Of a stretch of DNA of 46,435 nt, positions 36,396-46,435 are shown piece by piece. Position 1 is the first letter of the stretch, and each line of letters begins with the position of its first letter. This stretch comes from Catajapyx aquilonaris. Its lineage: Eukaryota. The stretch is from contig KZ538848.1 of the NCBI GenBank assembly GCA_000934665.2, positions 1-46,435 of the forward strand. Direction: 5' to 3'. The translations under genes and the position numbers were made by a program. The notes under the pieces were generated by a model that saw only the letters and a list, made by a program, of their open reading frames with translations, made no database searches and had not been told where the DNA came from.

Positions 36396-39300
36396 TACAC
36401 TGCACCGTGTGATACTTTGGACAGAGACTAAAGCAGCGAAACAGACATATAAACAGGACGCGTTCATTAGCACTTAATTAATACCATTGCTATTGGTGCA
36501 GAATATAACCTAATAAAATACCGGTATTGACGTTAAATCCAGGCTTTAATCTCCGCACTAAATTAGGTGCACTTATCAACGCTGCCCTTCAAAAACAATG
36601 CACGAACTATAATTTCCTCTCATGTGGACTAATGGCATGGGGCTCTACTTACAGAAGCGTAGAAAGGGCCAATTATTGCGAGACAATAATTACATGATTA
36701 CCTGGGTGGTGAGAATTTATTGCCTATCATCAAACAGAACTGAATGCAATGGTGCGTAAAGAAAAGGCTTCCATTTGCACATGAAGTTAGAGAGTGGGAA
36801 GGAGGAGGAGGAGGGGGGGGGTGTCTGTGATCCCCACGTAATCTCTTATAATTGTCATGTGGTCCTGGCATTCAGTAATTCCACTAATCAATGGGAAATT
36901 ATTGCTCAGCCATTAGGCTAACGACCTGTTGCTGCCCCCCCCCCCTCACTATTCTTATTGATGCCCAATGACCTATCAAACTCTGTCGCACTTATATTTT
37001 GTTGCAATAATATTAAAATGGATGGAAAATTGTCCAGATACTGAAGGTCAAGTATATATTTTCAGCATACATTTTTGGCACAAATTAGGGCTTGATTACT
37101 GTGTGGCTGCAAATATACATGGGCTAATTCTGTTCAATTTTAGGTTGGAGCGGGATGGGACGGAGAAGTCTGAAAAATGGCTCGCGTGCTTTCACCTGAC
37201 ACCGACCTGCGTCTCCCTCGCACGCCATTTTCTTTGCGTCACTCTTCTTGACTTGCCTGCCCCCAAAAGGGATATATTATCCCTCAGAAAAAAAGGGAAA
37301 AGAGTAGGGTGGGTGGGGGGTGGGGAGGAGAAATAGAAATTGGAGGGTAGGTACATTTATCATCCGGGTCTATCTCTTGGCTTGCGCCAACTCAAATCAA
37401 TAGGCTTGGAATAAAATCCCGTCACAATGACTTCCAACTTCCATTACTGTTGCAGTATAGAGAAATTAGGATAGCATTATATAGTACATATTTAAAATTG
37501 CTAGCTCCCCTTGTGCGCTACTACATCCTACTGCAGTGTGAGACTGAGCTGTAAGGGAACGTAAGGGAGAATTAAACTAATTTTCGTCTCAAAGAGCCGT
37601 CCTTTGCAGAGCCTGTGGCGCTTATATCCCATCTGCAGGTGGTCAAAGGTAAACTCCCTTCACAGGAACTATACGGTGTGATGCCATAGCGTAATGATAA
37701 CGAACCCAAGTCAGGTATAGTTGATTTGTATGAACATACACATCGAATTAATGTAATTATGAATACATTGCTTTAGGAAAGCTTTATACTGCATGAGAGG
37801 CATACAATGCACCGAAAATATAGTACACAACTGCCCAAGTTGACAATCCGCAGAAAGCGTGGGGAGAGTTGATGGATTAGTTGCCCCTGGCAAATGCGGA
37901 TCAGGAGTGACTGAGGAGTGACTAATCCATGTAATCCTGCGGAATTTTGTGTTTTCCATTTTAGAGCGCTTCATAGCCTTACACCCCTTTTTTTCAAATG
38001 ATACCCTCTCAGGAGTCAGTGCAGTCATGACGTACAGTATTGATATTTGAAACCCTAGCTATGCCCTGCAGGATCGCGAGGAGGAAGCAGTGGCAAAACC
38101 ACGGGGTCGACATTCTGTACATGAGGAGAGCTATCTGGTATCGGAGTGATTCTGCCAAATGAAATTCCTTCACCCTAACTAAGCCTTATCGCTAACCATA
38201 GTAGGTCCGCCTCTTGGCTTCCTTGCTAGCTATCGAACACCTTCCTTTGGCTCCGCTTACTACGGTACTCCCTGTGTATACTTGTCCGGCAGAGGCAGCA
38301 TCCCCCAATGAAAAAGCATTCAGCAGGTCTAATCAAGCGGCTTCCATTCCTTCCCAAACTCCAGCTTTTATCTGCCATCACGGCTCACTTGACAAGCTGG
38401 AACACACCTCGAGGACCCACTTCCGATTGGACAAAGCAATCTCTCATTACAAGCCTGCACCGCCACCATACCATATCGTCTCTTTAACTCACTTTCTGTG
38501 ACCAAGAAATGACCTCTAATTTCATGACTCACTATGTCATATCGCCTTCCTCGACCTGGCAACGAAATAGACACTAGGCACTATTACCATGCAAATCACT
38601 CCTTTGCACGGAATTTGACTATAGTGTAGGTGTTTACTGTAATGAGTGAGTGACATGCTTGTGGATACCGTGTTACAGTGCTGTACATCTTTTGTGCAGA
38701 GCAAACACTGAATGTACAATTGCATGCTCGACAATGATGTGAAATTCCTCTAAGCGGAGCACAACTTTAGTGCGTACTGTAATAAAGGGTGGATGCAATT
38801 TCGCAGCGTTTTTTGGGGAAAAAAATATTGGCTTCAAAACTGGAGTCGGCAAGCACCGGAATGTTGACATTATCCGCTTATTGGGCTCAGGCCTTTTGCA
38901 CAAAGCTCCCTCTGCAACATTTACACATATCAGTTTTACAGGCAGAACTGCATTGACCATTATTGATACAGTAAAAATAGAAGGTTCTATTACATACTGT
39001 CTATCAGTAGCGAACGCGATTCGTTTCAAAAAGTAGTCTGAAAATACTTAATAGACTTGTACTTAAAATAAATTAGTTACTGCATCAATAATTTTACATA
39101 ATGACCGACTATATATCTACAAAAAAATATTCTAAATTATATGTAGCAAACATGGCGTCTCTCCCACTTTGCGAAACATTGTATGTCATCAGAACTCCTG
39201 GAGCAGGTATACATCTGCAAAATTACATGGCTATATTATCAACCTAGGAAAATCACCCCCACCATTCCTTAATCTAGCCATGAATGAGGTAGGTCGTCCT

Positions 39301-39746
39301 CCTTGGATGATGAGAGAGGCCCGCAGGTGAATCTGGAAGAGCAAGCCGTCACATGTTGAGTGACCTTTATCTGTGTAACTGACCGAAAAGATCTGGGCGA
39401 AAGGTGACCCCGCCACACGTCCAGCCATTCCCCCATCTACCCTTCATCCAATGTCCCAGGGTAATTTTGCATGAAAAGCCTGAAAGGGCAATAGGGAGAG
39501 AAGTTATGGGTGCCATTAGGCAGGGAACGGGACCGTCATAAAGCAAATTAGTCCCCCGAGTAGAGTGCTGCCAGCACCAAATTGTCAATATTATCGCTGA
39601 CGGCATTAAAAATGCCTCAACCGCTGACCGTGTCAAATTATACAAATATATTGGATATTACACCGCGTCCATGATTTCATAGTTTCACTTGTTGAATTTA
39701 TGTTCAGCGGGGATTGGACCTATTCGCTCAGGAAGTTGGGGGGGGG

Positions 39747-39758
39747 NNNNNNNNNNNN
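39747..39758. other. Assembly gap in poly-G
   Basis: N run. Confidence 0.99.
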
Positions 39759-39958
39759 GGGGCTGTTCGCTGTGTTAGTTGCTTTCTGACTGAGTGACTG
39801 GCATCCATGGCTCATCAACGGATATGATCAGGCCATTGAAAAAAATTCGCCTTGCATACTCTATGTGCAATAGTCGGCTCGATAACTGTTATTGCCTACA
39901 ATGCAACTCTTTTTGGTGAGGGAATGACTTGATGGATTTCTGCTATTAAATCCGTTAA

Positions 39959-40099
39959 ACCAAAGAACGATCTGACGTCATGTTCAGCCCCGCCTCCACC
40001 CGGCTCTTTCCTCCTATCACGTCCTCGAATAGTTCTGCAAGCATACTTCTGCGAATGCTCAGAAAACACGGCTGGTGTGACGTCAGATCGTTCTTTCGC
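39959..40099. mobile_element. TTAA-flanked MITE (Kolobok- or piggyBac-type target)
   Basis: TTAA at 39955-39958 and 40100-40103. Perfect 19-bp inverted repeat AAAGAACGATCTGACGTCA / TGACGTCAGATCGTTCTTT. Confidence 0.78.
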
Positions 40100-41899
40100 T
40101 TAAGGGGGCGAAGTAGTAAAATTATGGTAAATTAGCTGGCTCTGTAGCTATAGCTGTCGAAGTGAGCCTATGTAATGGTTGTACGACAATAGAAGGCAAT
40201 TGTTGCCCCCCTCTCCAATAATCCCCATCCCGTTTCCAAGCTCAACAATTGAACCTCAGAGACTCTCGTATCTCTCCGGCGACAATTAGTGCCCCTGGCG
40301 ACAACCCCAACAAACTTGTTTATGAATACTGCATAGGAGGATTTGACATTGCCTACATTTCTGTGGCATTACGGCCGCAAAAATGGTTCAATCGACACAG
40401 TAATTGCCCTAAAATATAGTAGATGATCTGGCGCAGGGCACTTAGTTCGTCTTTTTTTCCATTTTCGGCCTAGAAATGACGTTTACAGCGAGTTGAAGTG
40501 AGAGGAAAAGGTTTTTTAAAATGCCCATTTGATCAACATGGGGTCAGGAATCGCGTGAAAATCCGCCGTATGTCCACAATTTTAATGCAATCATGTCGAG
40601 TATGGTATCAATGTAAAGGCCAAACCTTTGCGCAGGAGACCTAGTTCGTGTTTTTCCAGATTAACTAGGAGTTTCGCGACAAAAATATAAAGTTCCCTAC
40701 GAAATGTGCCTACCGTATTTTTTCTATACTGCACCGCCTTAAAGGACTGTAGTCTGTAGCTCAGATTTTTTTGTAACTTACTTGTTAGTGTAAGTGGCCA
40801 GGTCAAATTGAACTGAAATATTAGCTTTAGTTATGTCTGCTAATATTGTTTCTTATCATGTTGTGGTAGCTGGAGTGATACCTGTAGTATTGGAATGGCT
40901 GAATCGTGTTTGTAGAAGGTAAAATATAATACGAGTGTACACTACTTGTCAGGGTGTGCAAAAAATAAGAGTGATGTTTTTGCGCTACTGCCGACAGTAA
41001 CGACTTAAATGCATGTTAAGTTGCGATTAGGTGCGGGGTACCCTAATTACACACCGCCATTTGTAACATGTCAACTGCCACAATTCACGGTACCCGGCGA
41101 GATAATCATTTCGGTATGGATCTGATGGTTATCACTGTAAAAACAGACAATAATAATATTTTTGAACCATTATTCCATCACAGTAATACCGCTTGTCGTG
41201 TAGTATTCAGAACTAACTACATATTATGTTAATTTATAACAAACTGGTAAACACTCGGAGTAATATTTCCCAAGATTTTATATCAATTAAATATTCCATA
41301 ATGTCATCAGCAACACTAATGATATTCTAATCACCACCAACATTTCAATTCATGAAGGACCGCATGTCGAGAGAGTAGACATGTTCGAAATTAATCACGT
41401 CGGGTTGTTAAGATACGTTATGTCGTGTCCGACACAAACAGTGTCGAGGGTGTGTTGCATGCGTTAGAATCAGAGTCCACCTCTGAACTGGGCACTAATT
41501 ACTTATCAATTCATCATCGGCAGCATTAATGTCAAAGGTATAGAAAATTGAAAGATCACTGAAATATGTATTATGAGCTACATCAAAATAGCATTAAACG
41601 TATCCAGCATAATTTTAAAAATATAGGAATTCGACATTTCGGATTTATTTTCATTGGTTTCCACGGATTTCAGAATTATAACATGTTTAATATATTATTG
41701 ACAAAATTCAGCGCTTTTTTCAATTCGAAGAATTAGAATGAAATAATTATGACAATATTATTGTCAAATAGTAGCCTACCTATAATAATATTATAGGTAC
41801 TTTTGACCTACTTACTTTTTATTACCTTGATAGTATTATACAGAACGCAATAATATGGCTTGCGATAAGGGGTAACCTATATTGTCAGGTCACATGACT

Positions 41900-42119
41900 T
41901 TATAATTGAGGTTGGCCCAGCAATGCCTTTCAACCTCCAAGGATAGGGAAGGAAGGAAGTGGCTGTGGCCTATTATACGGAAGCGACCCCGGAATTATCC
42001 TAGAAAGACCGTGGAAAACCACAGAAAACCACGGTCAGGGTTGCCGGCCCCGGGATTCGAACCCAGGACCTCCCGATTAGCAGTCGGACGCCCTATCCAC
42101 TATGCCAACCTGCTTCGGT
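41900..42119 (-). mobile_element. tRNA-derived SINE, family A copy 2
   Basis: 13-bp TSD AGGTCACATGACT (41887-41899, 42120-42132), A box TGGCATAGTGG and B box GGTTCGAATCC. Head and body are clearly homologous to 3723-3891. Confidence 0.92.
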
Positions 42120-42865
42120 AGGTCACATGACTATTGATTTTCTTGCAAATTATTTTAGCAAGTTAAATTGTCTGTAACACGGAGAAAACCTGCATGGAGG
42201 ATACAAATATCGAGATTAGTTAAATAATGAAATTGCAGACTTGGGCAGGCCATGAATAAATTATTGTGAAAAAAAGCAAACTCAAGTGTGTCATAATCTT
42301 TCTCAAGTAATGTAAACAATCATAACAATGATATTTTTGCAAATTAATTCTGAAAAATTAAGTGGAGAACATAAGTAAGTATTGCAGACGATTAAGTGCA
42401 AATCATATCAATGGAAAGAAAATAGAAGTATTTTTCCTGTTTCTTTGCCAGGTCATTTAAAATGACTTCAAACCTCATTATCAAAGTTGAAATAACATGC
42501 TCATTTTATAGATCGAAAACGATCATATTTATACATAACCTGCGTGTATTAATGTTGTTAAATTTTTAAAATTTAAAATTTCATGGGAAAAGTAATGAAG
42601 AAATAACATAATGACTAAAAATCTAATTACAAATAATGTCCTGTACATAATTATGACTCGAGGCATGTTTGGATTAATTCTAAGGAAGGGATCACCTATT
42701 CTAAAAATATATTCCAGCTGGGAAAAGGCACGAAAAGTTAACAAACTTTACTGTCCTTTATCCAGCTGTAAATTCCTAGGGCTATTGTTCACAGAAACTA
42801 AACAACAATAGATATATTAAAAGTACGTAAGAGCATTCCTGTTGGATTTTCTTTGCCAAGTTAGG

Positions 42866-42918
42866 TATTTTCCGCACTAAGGTTCAGTGGCACCCACTGA
42901 ATCTTAGTGCGGAAAATA
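42866..42918. mobile_element. 53-bp palindrome, probable collapsed Tc2/pogo-like MITE
   Basis: TATTTTCCGCACTAAGGTTCAGTGG-CAC-CCACTGAATCTTAGTGCGGAAAATA has 25-bp arms with one mismatch. The ends recall CCGTATTTTCCGCACTA-type TIRs. Confidence 0.6.
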
Positions 42919-44453
42919 TATTGTTGTTTAGATTCTGTGAACCATAAAATTTATGAGATCATTGTTGTCGATTAACCTTGCCCTCCAAGTTGATGGGTCT
43001 GACTTTCTATGGGGTGTTGCGCATGCTCCTAATTTCATGCGATTTAAATTATTTTCTTGTAGGAAGTGTGGAACTTGTAATGACGTCATAATTGTTATTA
43101 GTATCATTGTCCATAAAATAGCTAAAACAAATATTTGCCATGTTAAACGCCTTGTTTTTTAACGTTATAGGCTACTTTGTTTGCACCCATCAGTAATGTC
43201 AAAAGTAGAAAAATTGAAAGCAAGGGCAACAGTCATCACTCAAGGATTTTAGAACAAAGCAATAGACATACTAATCTTACCTAAGCTTTGACTGATAGTA
43301 AATATTTTCCAGCCTATTATTGGCCAAAATCTAACGCAACAAAAAGTGCCCTGAGTCTTCATCATTTACTTGTAATAAATGGTCTATAAGGACCTGTGAA
43401 AAAATTGCTATTTTGTGTACATTTAAGACCCTGCTGGTCCATACTCTCCCCTATACTATGAAAAGGGGTTAACACTCCCTATTAACTAACATTTCGCACT
43501 ACTTCCCTTGAAATTGGGCTCAAGAATTACAGCCCTGCCTGTGTCAGAAACCCCAGCTGCTTTGATCGGCAACAATCCCTTTAAGATGAAACGTCATTCC
43601 GGCAATGTGACAGAGTGTCAGGTTGTCCAAGACGATAGCAATAAACGTGCGATTGCAGGCGTCAAATGCAGAAACTGCGAAAACGTGTGCGAGCCGTTTA
43701 GCCCCCCCCCCCCCTCTCTCTCTCCCCCATTTTACCCCAACGGAAATTGGAACCCCTGTAAAACGATTACGTGTACATAAATGAACTTTATAGATTAGAT
43801 TTTTGTCCTCCCCCATTCTCTCTCTATATCCTCCCCTCTCCACCCTCGGTCGCCACCTTCCCCCTTCTCCCTCCCGAGAGAAGCCAGCCAGCGGCGGCTG
43901 CGGTAGGAATTAAGCGAGTGTTTGGGATCCCGTGAAAAAGAGAACCACAGAGACTTTGAAACGCAATATCCCGAGATGGAAAATAAAGTTGGGGGGGAGG
44001 GGGGGGGCTATGCAAATGGAGCTAGGCGCTGCAATTACTACGCGCCCGGCAAGTTTTAATCGCGTGGGACTACTCCTGACTCGGCCCAAAAGAGATGCTG
44101 AGCTGCTTCAACTTTCAACCCCCGATACTTTATTAGCCAGTCCATTTAATAAATCCTTATCCGCCTTCATTAGCCCAGAAGCGTAGAGCTATAAGGTTAT
44201 TCACTTCAGTGCATACACAGGAAACGAGCCGGCTCGCCTTGTGTGCTGCTACCTTTGGAGGCTCTTACAATATTAGCTCGCCTTACTAACGATTTAGTTA
44301 TACTCGCGAGACTTGAGCCGTTTGCTTTCAGGGCGACAAAATCCCTGCTGGTTGACTGTGTTTTAAGGGTGCAAACGAGATGTGAGGTCAATGGCATCAT
44401 TGTTTGGTTCAGAAAAATATCTACACGTCCTGAATCGGACGTGAGAGAAGTTT

Positions 44454-44690
44454 TCATAAAACCTCGCGATATACAACATTGTGTGTAAACACTCTGTTGT
44501 TGGAGAGCAATGTTCCGTGTTGAGCAGTAGGAGTAGTGAACACTTTGACATGACTTGGGTTGCGAGACCGAGACAGTGCCACATACAGCTGGCCATGATT
44601 GGGAGAAGACAGGTTCATCCAGGGAAATGATAACGTGCTGATCTGGACGAGCGAGTTATTGTTGATCGTCATGGCATAGGCTGGGATGAC
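44454..44690 (-). pseudogene. Helitron RepHel PIF1-like helicase C-terminal fragment (frameshifted, 5'-truncated)
   Basis: Reads VIPAYAMTIN, then in an alternate frame HVIISLDEPVFS, then HGQLYVALSRSRNP...VFTHNVVYREVL*. This matches the PIF1/SF1B motifs AMTINKSQG and PVFSHGQLYVALSR and the Helitron terminal 'TxNVVYxEVL'. Confidence 0.9.
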
Positions 44691-44880
44691 ATTATGTCAA
44701 TGAACGTACTGTATAAGACTTTTGGATCCGGATCCAGCAGGCTATGATTAAGACTAATAATAATAGCTGATAATAGCTGATACGGGCATATTTGAGTGAC
44801 GGGGCAACCTGAGGGATGGAGTTGCCCTTTGTGTATAGGTAATAATGCTGTATGGCTTTATGATACTGTCATTTGTTATT

Positions 44881-45146
44881 GGGCGACACGGTGGCGGAGT
44901 GGTTAGCGCCACAGCCTTTCACCTCTAAGGTCACGAGTTCGATCCCCGGATCGGACAGAGTATATGCTTATGTGGATATAGTTTCGATGGGTTCTCTCCG
45001 TGTTCGCGTGGGTTTTCTCGGGGGTTCTCCCGTTTCCTCTCACAATCAAAATCCATCACAGCAAAGGCAATGATTAAAGTCGGTCAATTAAAAGATGATC
45101 CCCTAAAAAGCTGAAGGAGGCTTATCACGGGGTATCCATTATCTCC
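44881..45146 (+). mobile_element. tRNA-derived SINE, family C (V-SINE-like central domain)
   Basis: A box TGGCGGAGTGG and B box AGTTCGATCCC. The central GTTCTCTCCGTGTTCGCGTGGGTTTTCTCGGGGGTTCTCCCGTTTCCTC resembles the V-domain. Degenerate TSD ACTGTCATYTGTTRTY (44865-44880, 45147-45162; 13/16 match). Confidence 0.85.
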
Positions 45147-45791
45147 ACTGTCATCTGTTGTCGCCCCGCCAGGCAGGGTTCGTCGCCCTGCAGGATATTT
45201 TTAGGTAATGCGGAGAGGAAGCGGAGCTGGGCGATTATTGTGGGTTTCGTATCCGCAACATTTACAGTATGGTACGGACCGTACCATACTTGTGGCGGCG
45301 GAGGCCAACGGACGTTATTGTGGCTTTGCCAACCTCCAATCCCCTGCTGATCCCACCGCTGATATCTTGTTTGCTTGCTCCGGGAGGTTCATGCTAGGCC
45401 GCCAAATAAGTCGCAATGGTTTACTCTAAGCTAAGCTATCCGCTGAAAATCATAAAAGATGCTAGATCCGGATCCAAGATGGCGGCATAGTTAGAAAGTG
45501 GGGCTGAAAGTAGCAGCTTATATGACAGCTTTCTGAATATTCTGAGGCTCAGATTGAATCAGTTGGCAGACCTGTATTGGCGGGAAAGGAAATAGGTGGC
45601 GGTTAGGACTTTTGGCGGGAAGGGAAAGTGGCGGCCTGAAGAATTAGTGCCGTACTGACCAAAAGGTGGCAGCACTCCCTTGGCCGCCGCCAAAGGCCGC
45701 CAAGGGAATGCTGCCACTTTTTTCGTCACGGCACTACTTCTTCAGGCAGCAACATCTGGAGCGTTCCAGACAAGGCTATTATTATTGGGGG

Positions 45792-45868
<77 letters not shown>
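45792..45868. repeat. (ATA)n microsatellite
   Basis: About 25 pure trinucleotide units. Confidence 0.97.
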
Positions 45869-46013
45869 CCGGGTAGTGCTTGACCTCAACCGGAGGTATA
45901 TAGCACGGACCTTTATTTTATACTCATACATACATTGGAACCTTTATACGTAACGCCCGGGCCCACGGGCAGGATGACAGGAGGGGATGTGCAAGGTGCA
46001 GTGCAATGTATGT

Positions 46014-46435
46014 CCGTTAAACTGGCCCAACCACTTTCGAATTTCGAAATTTCAACGATGGCAATCGTTTGTGCTACGTTTGTGCTGATTTGTGCTCGAA
46101 TATGGGCGTTTGTGCTGGTTTAGTTTCAGAGTAATCGCGATTTCAATTTGGTTGGGCCAGTTTAACGGTAGCCCAACCACTTTCGAATTTCGACATTTCA
46201 ACGGTGCCAATCGTTTGTGCTACGTTTGTGCTGACTTGTGCTCGAATATGAGCGTTTGTGCTGGCTTGGTTTCAACGCTATAGCACTTTTAATTTGGTTG
46301 GGCCAGTTTAACGCTTTCGAAATAAAGCGAATTTCAACATTTCAACGGTGGCAATCGTTTGTGCTGCGTTTGTGCTGATTTGTGCCCGAAGATGGGCGTT
46401 TGTGCTGCAGCCGTTCTCGAGATACAGCGAGGTCA
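46014..46435. repeat. ~145-bp tandem repeat (~2.7 copies), probably the central array of a Helentron/HINE-like element
   Basis: Units start GCCCAACCACTTTCGAATTTCG at 46025 and 46171, with a third partial unit near 46328, and contain TTTGTGCT subrepeats. The array is followed by CCGTTCTCGAGATACAGCG. The repeat is certain; the family is inferred. Confidence 0.8.

Noticed and set aside
42954..42975. TGAGATCATTGT, the 5' half of bantam
   Set aside because: A 12-nt match only; the remainder diverges and there is no hairpin.
3644..45146. SINE heads as tRNA genes
   Set aside because: They lack acceptor stems and continue into SINE bodies with TSDs.
45666..45953. Poly-Ile and poly-Asn ORFs
   Set aside because: They are translations of the (ATA)n microsatellite.

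Overview
This window is animal nuclear DNA, probably invertebrate and arthropod-like judging from its repeats, and it is essentially non-coding. I find no intact protein-coding gene, rRNA, true tRNA, CRISPR array or prokaryotic system, and the ORF track is almost all spurious. The only recognisable protein signal is a frameshifted C-terminal fragment of a Helitron PIF1-like helicase (44454-44690, minus). The sequence supports four tRNA-headed SINE insertions with target-site duplications (TSDs), which show head/tail module swapping. It also holds about 10 MITEs (Tc1/mariner-, PIF/Harbinger-, P-like and TTAA-type), two nested insertion stacks, a Helentron/HINE-like ~145-bp tandem array at the right edge, microsatellites and three assembly gaps. 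Between the repeats lie GC-richer islands carrying homeodomain, Pho/YY1, GAGA, AP-1 and CTCF-like motifs. The best example is a three-site CTCF-like cluster (23991-24092) beside a GAGA/Pho block. The window reads as a large intron or gene desert, possibly the regulatory landscape of a developmental gene (inference). Family assignments come from recalled consensus features, not database searches.
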